From Pedosphaera sp. (lineage in GTDB: Bacteria; Verrucomicrobiota; Verrucomicrobiia; Limisphaerales; SIBH01), in contig JANOQV010000242.1 of NCBI GenBank assembly GCA_031414955.1, positions 35,459 to 99,458 on the forward strand: a stretch of 64,000 nucleotides of DNA, given 5' to 3'. The notes under the pieces are model-generated. The model was given only the letters and a program-made list of their open reading frames with translations, did no database searches and was not told the DNA's origin. Below, piece by piece: positions 39,834 to 52,832 of this stretch; within the stretch, counting starts at the first letter, position 1; the number at the start of each line of letters is the position of its first letter. A program made the translations under genes and the position numbers.

Positions 39834-40172
39834 TCAATTTGCGTTTGCGCGCATTTTTGAAATCTTCCACGCCAACATCACTGAACCGATGACGAGAAAA
39901 AAAAGTCCGCTGCTCCGAAGGCGGGCGCGTTCCGCATCATCAAACTCGCCGTGCTTATCTGGCAGGCGCACAGTCCCAAGCTCCCGAAGTGAGCCTTCAA
40001 ATGTGTGGTATTGCTCCTCCGTGTAGGTTCCACCGAAATATCCGTCCCAACTCATGCCCAATCCACCAAGCAGCATGAAGGAAGCGACGAAGCCAGTAAT
40101 CCCAAACTTCTTGATCCATGCTACGGCTGGATGAACCGGCGTCGGTCGAGATTTTGATTTATGATTGTCCAT
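39834..40172 (-). CDS. Hypothetical two-TM membrane protein
   Basis: 112 aa with two hydrophobic segments and a GAGGAAG RBS-like sequence. Sits directly after the gltB stop. Confidence 0.55.
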   Translation of the reverse strand: MDNHKSKSRPTPVHPAVAWIKKFGITGFVASFMLLGGLGMSWDGYFGGTYTEEQYHTFEGSLRELGTVRLPDKHGEFDDAERARLRSSGLFFLVIGSVMLAWKISKMRANAN

Positions 40173-40185
40173 TCACTTCCTCACT

Positions 40186-43100
40186 CTATTTCGCCGCCGC
40201 CTGCGTGCTTTCGTGGAACGCCTTCAGCAACGCTTCATCGCCCTTCAGCCCGCTCTTTTGCGCGCGGTCGATGCACTCCAGCATCCGCTTGTAGTCCTTG
40301 GGCATCACCTTCACGAACTTCGGCACCATGTCGTCCCAAAGCTTGAGGATGTGCTGCGCGCGGGTGCTATGGGTGTAGCGCGCGTGGCGGTCGATCATGC
40401 CGCGCACCTCGGCGATTTCGAGCGCCTCGGTGAGCTGGCCGAGTTCGACGAGTTCCTTGTTGCAACGGCTGGGGAAGTCGCCGGTCACGTCGAGCACGTA
40501 GGCCACGCCGCCGCTCATGCCGGCGGCGAAGTTGCGTCCCGTAGCACCGAGCACGACCACGCGTCCGCCGGTCATGTACTCGCAACCGTGATCGCCCACC
40601 GCCTCGACTACCGCGTGGACGCCGGAGTTGCGGACACAGAAGCGTTCGCCCGCCATGCCGCGGATGTAAATCTCGCCGCTCGTCGCGCCGTAGAGCGCGA
40701 CGTTGCCGACGATCATGTTTTCCTCGGCGGCGAAGGTCGAAGCCTTCGGCGGATAGACAATAATTTTGCCGCCGCTCAGACCCTTGCCGATGTAGTCGTT
40801 CGCATCGCCCTCGAGTTCAATCGTGATGCCGCGCGGCACGAACGCGCCGAGGCTCTGCCCCGCCGAGCCGAGGAACTTGAGGTGAATGGTGTCCTCGGGC
40901 AGGCCATCCGCGCCGTATTTGCGCGTGAGCTTGCTGCCGACCTGGGTGCAGACGACGCGGTTCACGTTGCAGATGGGCAGCGTGGCCTTGACCTTCTCGC
41001 CGCGTTCGAGCGCGGGTTCGCAGATGTCGAACAGGTGCGTGCGGTCGAGCGACGCCTCCAGTCCGTGATCCTGATCCATCGTGCGATAGCGCCCGACTTC
41101 GGGACCAACCTGCGGCTGGTGGAACATCTTGCTGAAGTCCAACCCCTTCGCCTTGTAGTGGGCAATGACCTTGTTGGTGTCGAGCTTGTCGGTGCGTCCG
41201 ACCATTTCGTTGATGGTGCGGAAGCCGAGCTTCGCCATTTCCTCGCGCAAGTTTTGCGTCAGCAGCTTGAAGAAATTCACGACGTGATCCGGGTTGCCGG
41301 CAAACTTTTTGCGAAGCTCCGGGTTCTGCGTGGCCACGCCCACCGGGCAGGTGTCGCTGTGGCAGACGCGCATCATGATGCAGCCCATGACGACGAGCGG
41401 CGCGGTCGCGAAACCAAACTGCTCCGCGCCGAGCATCGCGGCAATCGCCACGTCGCGGCCCGTCTTCAACTGGCCGTCCGTCTCGACATACACGCGGCTG
41501 CGCAGATTGTTCAGCACCAGCGTCTGGTGCGCCTCGGCCAGGCCGAGTTCCCACGGCGTGCCCGCGTGCTTGATCGAACTGAGCGGCGACGCGCCCGTGC
41601 CCCCATCGAAACCGCTGATGAGAATCACGTCCGCGTGCCCCTTCGCCACGCCGGACGCGATGGTGCCGACGCCGATTTCCGAAACGAGCTTCACGTTGAT
41701 GCGCGCGTCGGAGTTCGCGTTCTTCAAGTCGTGAATCAGCTCCGCCAAGTCCTCGATGGAATAGATGTCGTGATGCGGCGGCGGTGAAATGAGTTCCACG
41801 CCGGGCGTCGAGTGGCGCACCTTCGCGATCCACGGATACACTTTCTTCGCGGGCAACTGGCCGCCTTCGCCGGGCTTCGCGCCCTGCGCCATCTTGATTT
41901 GAATTTCCTTCGCGTTGACGAGGTAGTTGCTCGTCACGCCGAAGCGTCCGCTCGCGACCTGCTTGATCGCACTGTTCTTCGAGTCGCCCTTCTCGTTGGT
42001 CCAGGTGAAGCGCGCGGGATCTTCGCCGCCTTCGCCCGTGTTGCTGCGTCCGCCGATGCGGTTCATGGCGATGGCCAGCGTCTCGTGCGCCTCGCTGGAG
42101 ATGGAGCCGTAGCTCATCGCGCCGGACTTGAAGCGCGCCATGATGCTCTCGGCCGATTCGACTTCCTCAATCGGAATCGGCGTCGCCGCATACTTCAGAT
42201 CGAACATGCCGCGCAACGTGCAGAGGTGCCGGAGCTGGTCGTTGATTTCCGCCGCGTATTCTTGGAACACCTTGTAGTTGTTCGTGCGCGAGGCGAGCTG
42301 GAGCTTGTGGATGCTCTCCGGGTTGAACAGGTGATACTCGCCGCCCGCGCGATATTGATACTGGCCGCCCACGTCGAGCGTCGGCACATGCGCGCCGCGT
42401 TCGGGGAAGCCGGTCCGATGACGAGCCTTCGACTCCTTCGCCAGCACATCAATGCCCGCGCCCTCCACCTGCGACGAGGTGCCGGTGAAGTATTTCGAGA
42501 TGACGTCCTTGTTCAGTCCGATGGCCTCGAAAATTTGCGCGCCGCGATAGCTCGCCACCGTCGAGATGCCCATCTTGGACATCGTTTTGATGACGCTCTT
42601 GGTGCAGGCCTTGATGAAGTTCTTGACGCCCTTCTTGTGGTCCACGCCTTCGAGCAAGCCCTCGCGAATCATGTCGTCAATGGCCTCGAACGCGAGATAC
42701 GGATTGATGGCGCCGCAACCGTAGCCAATGAGCGCGGCCATGTGATGCACTTCGCGCGGCTCGCCGGATTCGAGCACGAGACCAATCTTGGTGCGCGTGC
42801 CTTCGCGAATGAGGTGGTGATGCAAGCCCGCGACTGCGAGCAACGCGGGAATGGCCGCGAGGTCGTGCGTGATGCCACGGTCGGACAGGATGAGAATGTT
42901 CGCACCGTCCTTAATCGCCTGACTCGCCTTGGCGAACAGCTCGGCCAATGAGGCTTCGAGTCCCGCGCCGTCCTTCTCCACCGGATACAGAATCGGCAGC
43001 GTGACGGACTTGAAGCCCGGCTTATCGATGTGGCGCAACTGTTCAAGTTGCTCGTTATCGAGAATCGGACCGTGAAGCTGGAGCATCCGGCAACTGTCCG

Positions 43101-44781
43101 GGCCGGGCTTCAGCAAATTCTTCTCCGAGCCAATCAGCGTGAACGCCGAGGTAATGATCTCCTCGCGGATTGCGTCAATCGGCGGGTTCGTGACCTGCGC
43201 GAACAACTGCTTGAAGTAGTTGTAGATGATCTGCGGCTTGTCCGAGAGCACTGCCAGCGGCGTGTCGGTGCCCATCGAACCGATCGGTTCACCGCCGTCT
43301 TTCGCCATCGGCAGGATCAGCCGGCGGCAATCCTCGAAGGTGTAGCCGAACGCGAGTTCGCGCTGGAGCACGGTGTCGTGATCGACTTCATGCTGGTGCG
43401 GCGGCACCGGCAACGTGTCGAAGTCGATCAGGTTCTCCGTCAACCACGCGCGATACGGCTGCTGCGTGGAGATGGTATTCTTCAACTCCTCGTCCGAGAT
43501 AATTCTCCCCTGCTCGGTGTCGATGAGGAACATGCGGCCCGGTTGCAAGCGGCCTTTGTAAGCCACGTTCTCCGGCGCGACATCCACCACGCCCACTTCG
43601 GAAGCCATGATGACCAGATCGTCCTTCGTCACGTAGTAGCGCGACGGACGCAGGCCGTTGCGGTCGAGCGAAGCGCCCATGCGAATGCCGTCGGTGAAGG
43701 TCATCGAGGCGGGGCCGTCCCACGGTTCCATCAGGCAACTGTGAAACTGGTAGAACGCGCGCTTCTCGTCGGGCATGGCCGGATGATTTTCCCACGGCTC
43801 GGGAATCATCATCATCATCGCGTGCGGCAGCGAGTAGCCGGAAAGCACGAGCAGCTCGAGACAGTTGTCGAAGACCGCCGAGTCCGAGCCGTCGGTGTTC
43901 GCCACCGGCAGAAGTTTCTTGAGGTCATCGCCCCAGACGTCGCTCTCAAAAAGCATCTGGCGTGCGTTCAACCAGTTCACGTTGCCGCGCAGCGTGTTGA
44001 TCTCGCCGTTGTGCGCTAGGTAGCGGTTCGGATGCGCGCGCGGCCAGCTCGGGAAGGTGTTCGTGCTGAAACGCGAATGCACCAGCGCAATGGCGGTGGT
44101 CATGCCCTCGTCGAGGAGGTCGGGGAAATACTGCGTGACCTGCTCCGGCATCAACATGCCTTTGTAGGTTAGCGTCTTGTACGAGAGCGACGAGACGTAG
44201 AACTGATCACCGCCCGCCACCTGCACGCCGGTGCGGCCGTAGCGGATCAAATTCTCCGCGCGCTTGCGGATGATGTAGAGCTTGCGCTCGAACGCCATGT
44301 CGTCGGCGAGCTTAGCATTGCGCCCGATAAACACCTGGCGCACGAACGGCTCGCTGGCCTTGGCCGTGAAACCAATCGACGCGTTGTTCGTCGGTACCGT
44401 GCGCCAGCCGAGCACGGTCTGGCCTTCTTCGGCGACGATCTGGTTGAACAGCTTCTCGCACTCGGCGCGCTGTCCCGCATCCTGCGGCAGGAAAATTTGG
44501 CCCACGCCATATTCCTTCGCGCCCGGCAGCGAAATTTTGTCCTTCGCTGTGACGGCCCGGAGAAATTCATGCGGCACCTGCATCAAGATGCCCGCGCCGT
44601 CGCCGGTGTTGGTCTCGCAGCCACACGCGCCGCGATGATTCAACCTCACCAGCGCGCCAATGGCGTCGCGAATGATGCCGTGGGATTTCTTGCCCTTGAC
44701 GTGGGCGATGAAACCGACGCCGCAAGCGTCATGTTCGAACTGCGGATCGTAGAGACCTTGAGCTTTGGGTGCGGTTAGCAT
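40186..44781 (-). CDS. gltB: Glutamate synthase large (alpha) subunit
   Basis: EHDACGVG (GATase Cys), [35 protein letters not shown], Fe-S motif [15 protein letters not shown] and GXGXG domain. Confidence 0.97.
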   Translation of the reverse strand: MLTAPKAQGLYDPQFEHDACGVGFIAHVKGKKSHGIIRDAIGALVRLNHRGACGCETNTGDGAGILMQVPHEFLRAVTAKDKISLPGAKEYGVGQIFLPQDAGQRAECEKLFNQIVAEEGQTVLGWRTVPTNNASIGFTAKASEPFVRQVFIGRNAKLADDMAFERKLYIIRKRAENLIRYGRTGVQVAGGDQFYVSSLSYKTLTYKGMLMPEQVTQYFPDLLDEGMTTAIALVHSRFSTNTFPSWPRAHPNRYLAHNGEINTLRGNVNWLNARQMLFESDVWGDDLKKLLPVANTDGSDSAVFDNCLELLVLSGYSLPHAMMMMIPEPWENHPAMPDEKRAFYQFHSCLMEPWDGPASMTFTDGIRMGASLDRNGLRPSRYYVTKDDLVIMASEVGVVDVAPENVAYKGRLQPGRMFLIDTEQGRIISDEELKNTISTQQPYRAWLTENLIDFDTLPVPPHQHEVDHDTVLQRELAFGYTFEDCRRLILPMAKDGGEPIGSMGTDTPLAVLSDKPQIIYNYFKQLFAQVTNPPIDAIREEIITSAFTLIGSEKNLLKPGPDSCRMLQLHGPILDNEQLEQLRHIDKPGFKSVTLPILYPVEKDGAGLEASLAELFAKASQAIKDGANILILSDRGITHDLAAIPALLAVAGLHHHLIREGTRTKIGLVLESGEPREVHHMAALIGYGCGAINPYLAFEAIDDMIREGLLEGVDHKKGVKNFIKACTKSVIKTMSKMGISTVASYRGAQIFEAIGLNKDVISKYFTGTSSQVEGAGIDVLAKESKARHRTGFPERGAHVPTLDVGGQYQYRAGGEYHLFNPESIHKLQLASRTNNYKVFQEYAAEINDQLRHLCTLRGMFDLKYAATPIPIEEVESAESIMARFKSGAMSYGSISSEAHETLAIAMNRIGGRSNTGEGGEDPARFTWTNEKGDSKNSAIKQVASGRFGVTSNYLVNAKEIQIKMAQGAKPGEGGQLPAKKVYPWIAKVRHSTPGVELISPPPHHDIYSIEDLAELIHDLKNANSDARINVKLVSEIGVGTIASGVAKGHADVILISGFDGGTGASPLSSIKHAGTPWELGLAEAHQTLVLNNLRSRVYVETDGQLKTGRDVAIAAMLGAEQFGFATAPLVVMGCIMMRVCHSDTCPVGVATQNPELRKKFAGNPDHVVNFFKLLTQNLREEMAKLGFRTINEMVGRTDKLDTNKVIAHYKAKGLDFSKMFHQPQVGPEVGRYRTMDQDHGLEASLDRTHLFDICEPALERGEKVKATLPICNVNRVVCTQVGSKLTRKYGADGLPEDTIHLKFLGSAGQSLGAFVPRGITIELEGDANDYIGKGLSGGKIIVYPPKASTFAAEENMIVGNVALYGATSGEIYIRGMAGERFCVRNSGVHAVVEAVGDHGCEYMTGGRVVVLGATGRNFAAGMSGGVAYVLDVTGDFPSRCNKELVELGQLTEALEIAEVRGMIDRHARYTHSTRAQHILKLWDDMVPKFVKVMPKDYKRMLECIDRAQKSGLKGDEALLKAFHESTQAAAK

Positions 44782-44798
44782 AACTGAATTCCTTTCGC

Positions 44799-45012
44799 CG
44801 AACCCCAACGGGGTTCCATCCACCAGCCCAGGGTTGCGACGCAGTCGCTACCCTGGGTCACGGACATAAACTGTGTTTCAACCTTGAAGGGGTTGGATTC
44901 CTTGGGAGCAATTCGATTCAACCCCTTCAGGGTTGAAACAAAATGGCGACTTGAACCCAGGGTAGTCGCTGCGCTCCAACCCTGGGCTGATTGATGCAAC
45001 GCCGTTGGCGTA
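44799..45012. repeat. ~215-bp palindromic element, copy 2
   Basis: Shares arms with 38982-39198 (CGAACCCCAACGGGGTTCCATCC, GATTCAACCCCTTCAGGGTTGA, GATGCAACGCCGTTGGCGT) but has divergent spacers. Confidence 0.9.
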
Positions 45013-45034
45013 GGGAATGAACAAACGCGCGCGC

Positions 45035-45997
45035 TCATACGATCCTCGCTTTCCTCCTCGGCCCCTTAGCCACGCCATTCGTGTGAACACCGTTCCCGTT
45101 CCTCACCGCCGTGCCGTGGGTGCCGTTCTTCAGCACCTCGATGAACGCCTCGGTGTTCGCGTAAAGTTTCCGTCCCTTGCGGTGAATGATGCCGACGGGG
45201 CGGCAGAAGCCGTTGTCCACCAACGGCACGGCCGCGAGCGTGCCCAGTTCGAGTTCGCCTTCGAGCGTCGGCCTCGGCAGCAAGGCGACGCCGGAGCCGG
45301 CCTCCACGGCGCGCTTGATGGCCTCAATATTGTCAAAACGCATCGTCACATTCGCCTCCACGTCGTGGTCCTTAAGAAAGCGATCAATCTTCTTCCAGAT
45401 CACCAACTCCGGGTCGAAGCCGACGAGCGTTTCATCAGAGAGTTGCTGCACGTCGAACTTCTTGAGCCTGGCGAAGCGATGATCGCGGCGGCAGGCCAGG
45501 ACCATCGGTTCCTCGCGCCACGGGATGACCGAAACGCCCTTGCGTTCGTTCGGGTAGGAAAGAATGCCGAGATCCACCTCGTCGCTGAGCACGCGCTCAC
45601 AGACGCGGTCCGGGTGCGCGTATTCCACTTCCACTTTGGCGTCGGGCTGGAGCTGATTGAACCGCTCCACGTAGCGGCCCATGTCGGCAAAGTTCACCGA
45701 GTAGATGGCGGCCACGCGAATCACCGAGTCCACGTTCGCGCGCCGGTTCTTCACCGCCGCCACCACTTCCTGATAGCGCTCCACCAACTCGCGGCAGCCG
45801 TCATAGAAGACCTTGCCCTCGTCCGTCACCGCCCAGGGCCGGCGCGAGCGATCAATCAACGTCACTCCCAGGTTTTCCTCGATGTTTTGGATGCTCTGGC
45901 TGACGGAGGATTGCAAAACGTCGTTGGCCTCAGCTCCCCGGGAGAAGCTGTGGAATCGGACCACGTCGCAATAGATTTTTAAGGCTTCGAGCTGCAT
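45035..45997 (-). CDS. LysR family transcriptional regulator
   Basis: N-terminal HTH (SFSRGA..QSSVSQSIQNIEENLGVTLIDRS) and substrate domain (FDNIEAIKRAVEAGSGVALLP). Start taken at MQLEAL. Confidence 0.92.
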   Translation of the reverse strand: MQLEALKIYCDVVRFHSFSRGAEANDVLQSSVSQSIQNIEENLGVTLIDRSRRPWAVTDEGKVFYDGCRELVERYQEVVAAVKNRRANVDSVIRVAAIYSVNFADMGRYVERFNQLQPDAKVEVEYAHPDRVCERVLSDEVDLGILSYPNERKGVSVIPWREEPMVLACRRDHRFARLKKFDVQQLSDETLVGFDPELVIWKKIDRFLKDHDVEANVTMRFDNIEAIKRAVEAGSGVALLPRPTLEGELELGTLAAVPLVDNGFCRPVGIIHRKGRKLYANTEAFIEVLKNGTHGTAVRNGNGVHTNGVAKGPRRKARIV

Positions 45998-46197
45998 CAG
46001 AATTTCCGATACAAGACCCCTGTGGGTTTGATGTTTGTGATGCAGCACACCGCCATCGTCAACTGCAAATTTTGGAATCTTGTTCACAATCCAAGGCGGG
46101 CCGCGGGCTGAGAAATTCATGGCTCCAAGGCCGGCGGTGGGTAAGCTCCGGGGAACGACGCGGCCATGATGGCCGTATTGAAGCAATTGGAATACTT

Positions 46198-46590
46198 ATG
46201 CACATCGCCACACAACTCGCGCTCTTCCTCGAAAACAAACCCGGCACGCTCGCCCGCATGTGCGACTCCATGGAGGAGGCCGGGATCAACATTTACGCCT
46301 TCACCACCAGCGACACCGTGGATCACAGCGTGGTGCGGATGATCGTGAGCGACACGCGCAAGGCCATGCTCATGTTCGAGGAGCACGCCACGCTCGTCAT
46401 TGAAAACGAGGTGCTGATGATCGAGGGCGACAACAAGCCCGGCTCGCTGGCTCGCATCGCGCACAAGCTCTCCAAGGCCAGAATCAACATCGAATACGCC
46501 TACTGCGCCACCGCGCCCAATTCCAAGAAAGGCCTGCTCGTGCTCCGCGCCTCGAATTGCAAGAAGGCGCTCAAGGTGTTGAACACTTGA
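46198..46590 (+). CDS. Tandem ACT domain protein
   Basis: QLALFLENKPGTL..GINI and DNKPGSL..INIEYAY repeats. Confidence 0.9.
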   Translation: MHIATQLALFLENKPGTLARMCDSMEEAGINIYAFTTSDTVDHSVVRMIVSDTRKAMLMFEEHATLVIENEVLMIEGDNKPGSLARIAHKLSKARINIEYAYCATAPNSKKGLLVLRASNCKKALKVLNT

Positions 46591-46629
46591 TTCCCGGCTC
46601 CTGACCGCCCCACACTGCGCGCACCCAAT

Positions 46630-46941
46630 ATGGACATCACCAAAAACATCACGGGAGAAGTGCATGAATTGCTTGTCTCCGGCCGCATCGACGGCGCGGG
46701 CGCCAACCAACTGGAAATGGAAATTCTCGCCACCATGCGGACCAACGCCCAGACGATTTACGTCAACCTCACTCTGGCTACTTTTCTTTGTTCCGCCGGC
46801 CTGCGGGTGTTGCTCCAATACTGGCGGCAGATGAAGGGCGCGGGAAAGAACCTCCAGGTGTCCAATCCCTCCACCGAGGTGGACGCGGTGCTGGCCATGA
46901 CCGGCTTCCGCGAACAGATCGTCGAGGGCGCGCGCTCTTAG
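46630..46941 (+). CDS. STAS domain anti-sigma-factor antagonist
   Basis: VSGRIDG..FLCSAGLRVLL..VLAMTGF. Confidence 0.88.
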   Translation: MDITKNITGEVHELLVSGRIDGAGANQLEMEILATMRTNAQTIYVNLTLATFLCSAGLRVLLQYWRQMKGAGKNLQVSNPSTEVDAVLAMTGFREQIVEGARS

Positions 46942-46976
46942 TCGCCGGCCTCGGATGCCCCGACCGGACGCCCTGT

Positions 46977-47393
46977 ATGAACCTCACCTCCGAACACCGC
47001 CTCCGCGCGCAGTTGGCGGAGACGAGGCTGGTGGAGGGTTGGCTGCGTGACTTTGCCAGCCGGACGGCCTGGCCGGAGGCGGTCAGGAACGCCTTCGACC
47101 TGGCTCTCGAGGAGTGGCTCACCAATATCATATCCCACGCCTTCACGGATCAGCGCGAGCATTTCATCGTGGTCCGTTTGAACATGACGCCAGGGGAGGC
47201 GCGGGTCGAAGTGGAGGATGACGGCCGTGAATTCAACCCGCTCACGCATCCGCCGGTGGACACGGGCGTGCCCTTGGAGCAGCGCAGCGTCGGGGGCTTG
47301 GGCCTGCACATGATCAAGAAGCTCATGGACGTGGTGGAGTACCGGCGCACGGAAGGGCGAAACATCCTTACGCTGCGCAAGCGCGTGGGCTGA
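46977..47393 (+). CDS. Anti-sigma factor / Ser kinase (RsbW-like, HATPase_c_2)
   Basis: LALEEWLTNIISHA, EDDGREFNP and GGLGLHMI. Confidence 0.88.
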   Translation: MNLTSEHRLRAQLAETRLVEGWLRDFASRTAWPEAVRNAFDLALEEWLTNIISHAFTDQREHFIVVRLNMTPGEARVEVEDDGREFNPLTHPPVDTGVPLEQRSVGGLGLHMIKKLMDVVEYRRTEGRNILTLRKRVG

Positions 47394-47437
47394 CCGCCAG
47401 GGCAGGGGGCCGTCCCCGGCTTTGGGCTTCGAACTGT

Positions 47438-47755
47438 TCAGGCCCGGAGGGCCAGCCGCGCGGCTTCGATTGACTCGAACTTGGGCGCGATTTCCTCCAG
47501 GCCGCAGAGGCGCAGCACCTCGCGCACGGGCGGCCGGCACCCGAGCAGAGCCAGCTTGCCGCGGCGTGCCTCCACCGCTTTCTGCGCCATGAGCAGCGAG
47601 CGCACGCCGGCGCTGCTCAGGTAATCCAAGGCGACCAGATCGAGGATCAGCCGGGTGGCCCCGGCCTCGATCAAATTCGTGAGCAGCAGGCCAAACTCAC
47701 CGGAGTTGACTCCATCCAGCCGCGCGGGCGCGTCCACCAAGACAGTCGTTTGCAT
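47438..47755 (-). CDS. STAS domain anti-sigma-factor antagonist
   Basis: RLD..LILDL..LDYLSSAGVRSLL..VREVLRLCGL. Confidence 0.88.
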   Translation of the reverse strand: MQTTVLVDAPARLDGVNSGEFGLLLTNLIEAGATRLILDLVALDYLSSAGVRSLLMAQKAVEARRGKLALLGCRPPVREVLRLCGLEEIAPKFESIEAARLALRA

Positions 47756-47770
47756 AAAAGGTAGCGGTCG

Positions 47771-48184
47771 TTACTTGAGGCGTTTGCTCAGCGTGACCAC
47801 GTTGTTCGCGCCCAGCCGCTGGTAATCCACACGGTCCACGAGGTGGCGGAGGAGGTGAATGCCCCGACCAACCTGGGCCGCCTCGCGCGTTGCCGCCGCC
47901 ATATCGAGCACTGGAAAATCACACGGGTTGAAGGGTTGACCGTCATCCCTGATTTCCAGCCGCAGTTCAGCGGGGCCGATTTTGCAGGTGACGCTGATGG
48001 GGTGGCTCGCGGTGTCGGCGTAGGCGTATTGGATGATGTTCTCGATCCATTCCCCGAGGGCGACGTTCAGGGCGGAGATGACGCCGAGTCGGACGCCGGA
48101 GGCTTGCAGGGTGGATTGCAACTGGTGCTGCACGTCTTCGAGCTGCGCCGGGTGGTTGCTCAGGCTGAACTGATATTCTTCCAT
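47771..48184 (-). CDS. Anti-sigma factor / Ser kinase (RsbW-like)
   Basis: VALGEWIENIIQYAY, RDDGQPFNP and GRGIHLL. Start taken at MEEYQF. Confidence 0.88.
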   Translation of the reverse strand: MEEYQFSLSNHPAQLEDVQHQLQSTLQASGVRLGVISALNVALGEWIENIIQYAYADTASHPISVTCKIGPAELRLEIRDDGQPFNPCDFPVLDMAAATREAAQVGRGIHLLRHLVDRVDYQRLGANNVVTLSKRLK

Positions 48185-48188
48185 GTGA

Positions 48189-49856
48189 TTAAGGGATGCT
48201 GATTTCCAGGATCGAAATGTCGTCTTCAAAGCCCGCACCGGCGCGAATCTGGGTGGCCCAGTGCAGGATGGCGTCCAGCTTGGAGCCGGCCTCGGGAAGC
48301 GCAAGCTCCGAGATGAATTCCGGCAACTGGACGGTGGTGCCGTCCGGGCGGGCCAGCTCATACACGCCATCACTGAAGACCAGGAGGCGACAGCCGGGCG
48401 GCAGGGATCGCTTCAGCGTCGGGTAGCTGGTCTCCATGAAGCCGACGATGGCTCCCGGCGCGCTCAAGGGTTGCGGCCCCGGCTCGACCGACGACACGAG
48501 CATGACGGGCGGATGCCCGCCGCAGGCGAAGGCCAGTTCGCGCCGGGCCGGCGCGTAAACGCCGTACCAGATGGTGAAGAACATGTTGTTCTGCTTCTCC
48601 ATGGTGAAGGTGCGGTTGAGCGCGGAGAGCACGGATCCCGGATCGTGGAAGTCCACGTTCGGAATGGAGCGGTTGTTCAACACGTTCATCACGGACACCG
48701 AGAGCAGGGCTGCACCGACGCCGTGGCCGCACACATCGAGCAGGTAGAAGGCGAAATGTTCCTCGTCCAGCCAGTGATAACTGAAGGCGTCCCCGCCGAG
48801 CTGTTCGCTGGGCAGGAACCGCCAGTCCGTGCGCACCGGGCCATCCGCGAGCGGCGCGGGCAGCAGCGAGCGGACGTACTGCGCGGCCTCGGCCAGTTGA
48901 TCGGAGAGAGCCTTCTGACTGCGCTGCAAAGCCGCGAAGGCTTCCCGCTCACGCGTGCGAAGCTGGTTCTTCTCCAGGCAGGCGTGAATGCGCGCGCGCA
49001 GCAGGATCGGATCAAACGGCTTGGACAGATAATCCTCCGCGCCCATCTCGATGCACCGCACCACCCGCGCGGTCTCGTCGGAGGCGGAGAGGACGATGAC
49101 CGGCACCTGGGCCAGGGCCGGGTCGGATTTCATGGTTTCGAGCACCTGGTAGCCGTTCATGCCCGGCATCTGGATGTCGAGCAACAGCAGGTCAAAGGTG
49201 CCGCAGCGCAACCGGGCCAGCGCCTCCTGGCCATCGCCGGCGAGTGTCACCTCGTGCCCGAGCCGGGTCAGACGGCGGAGCAGCATGGTACGATTGCCTT
49301 CGTCGTCATCCGTGACCAGCACCCGGCCCTTGGGCGTGGGCGGCCCGGCGACGGACGGTTCGGGGCGGTACCTTTGGAAGACGGTGGTGGCGCTATCCGC
49401 CGCCGAGGAGGCCGCGGCGGCGGCGCGGGCCTTGTGGGGACTGAAATGCTCGACCACGCGTCCCAGCAACTCACGGGCGGCGTGGTGAATGCGCTCCAGA
49501 TCGCCGATGAAACTCTCGTGCCCGCTGGTCCGCGCCTCCTCCTGCAACATTTCCGCGTAGCCGATGATCTGATTGAGCGGCGTGCGCACGTCGTGATCGA
49601 TCAGGCTGGGATTTGACAGATAGACCGGTGTCTTCTCCGGGTCGCAAATCTCGTTGATCACGCCGAGCAGGTTGCGCCCGGCATCGTGGATGCGCTTCAA
49701 GTCCGGCAGAAATTTCTCCCCGCCCGTGTCCTCCGCCTCCTCGGTCAGCATCTCGCAATAGCCGATGATGTGATTGAGCGGCGTGCGCAATTCATGCTTG
49801 AGGCTAGAGACGGCGGGGCGCGACCCCGGCGCGGATGTTGGATTCGGATCGCTCAT
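48189..49856 (-). CDS. HisKA-HisKA-REC-PP2C (SpoIIE/RsbU-type) phosphatase
   Basis: [13 protein letters not shown] and HDVRTPLNQIIGY; receiver VTDDD..LLDIQMP..KP; PP2C motifs GGD, DVCGHG, FSDGVYE and DDIS. Confidence 0.9.
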   Translation of the reverse strand: MSDPNPTSAPGSRPAVSSLKHELRTPLNHIIGYCEMLTEEAEDTGGEKFLPDLKRIHDAGRNLLGVINEICDPEKTPVYLSNPSLIDHDVRTPLNQIIGYAEMLQEEARTSGHESFIGDLERIHHAARELLGRVVEHFSPHKARAAAAASSAADSATTVFQRYRPEPSVAGPPTPKGRVLVTDDDEGNRTMLLRRLTRLGHEVTLAGDGQEALARLRCGTFDLLLLDIQMPGMNGYQVLETMKSDPALAQVPVIVLSASDETARVVRCIEMGAEDYLSKPFDPILLRARIHACLEKNQLRTREREAFAALQRSQKALSDQLAEAAQYVRSLLPAPLADGPVRTDWRFLPSEQLGGDAFSYHWLDEEHFAFYLLDVCGHGVGAALLSVSVMNVLNNRSIPNVDFHDPGSVLSALNRTFTMEKQNNMFFTIWYGVYAPARRELAFACGGHPPVMLVSSVEPGPQPLSAPGAIVGFMETSYPTLKRSLPPGCRLLVFSDGVYELARPDGTTVQLPEFISELALPEAGSKLDAILHWATQIRAGAGFEDDISILEISIP

Positions 49857-50230
49857 GCTGTGGGCGGCCCTCCGAGCAACGCCTCCATCTTGCCCAGCAG
49901 GCGGGGCAGTTCGATGGGCTTGGTGTCGAAATCATTGCAGCCGGCGGCGCGGGCCTTCTCCTCGTCGCGGGCCATGGCGTGGGCGGTGAGGGCGATGATG
50001 GGAATGGCCTGTGTCTCCGGCGCGGCCTTCAACCGGCGCGTCGCCTCCCAGCCATCCAGCACCGGCAGGCTCATGTCCATGAGGATGAGCGCGGGATTCT
50101 CCGAGCGCGCCATGGTCAGCGCCTGTTCCCCGTCCATGGCCATGGCCACCGTGTAGCCCTTGCGTTCCAGCCGGCGCGAGAGCATGTCGCGGTTCATTTC
50201 GTTGTCTTCGACGAGCAGGATTTTAGTCAT
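49853..50230 (-). CDS. Single-domain response regulator (DivK/CheY-like)
   Basis: ILLVEDN..LMDMSLP..LTAHAM..TKP. Confidence 0.95.
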   Translation of the reverse strand: MTKILLVEDNEMNRDMLSRRLERKGYTVAMAMDGEQALTMARSENPALILMDMSLPVLDGWEATRRLKAAPETQAIPIIALTAHAMARDEEKARAAGCNDFDTKPIELPRLLGKMEALLGGPPTA

Positions 50231-50244
50231 AGGGCTGGGGAATT

Positions 50245-50466
50245 TTTAACCACGAATGGACACGAAGGAACACGAAACACGGAACGGCAGACAACGAGGC
50301 CTGAAAGGCCGTCCTGCGATAGCCCAGGGTGAAGTCCTGGGTTTTGGAAACGCAAAGAACCTCAAGCCCTGAAAGGGCGACATCAATCTGGAAAGCCTGG
50401 AACGCCCCTTCAGGGCTGAACGAAATGTCCCTCCGCATTCATGTCCGTTGGTGTCCATGCGTGGTT

Positions 50467-50468
<2 letters not shown>
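50245..50468. repeat. Nested intergenic palindromic elements
   Basis: Outer inverted repeat AACCACGAATGGACAC ... GTGTCCATGCGTGGTT. Inner units GGCCTGAAAGGCC, AGCCCAGGG..CCTGGG, GCCCTGAAAGGGC and GCCCCTTCAGGGC. Confidence 0.8.
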
Positions 50469-52830
<2,362 letters not shown>

Positions 52831-52832
52831 GG

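Noticed and set aside
44782..46197. N-terminal extensions given by the ORF track for gltB, lysR and ACT (also DUF58, batB, cysK, both RsbW genes and the toxin-antitoxin pair)
   Set aside because: The extensions run through repeats, intergenic DNA or neighbouring genes. Family homology starts at the downstream ATGs used in the feature list.
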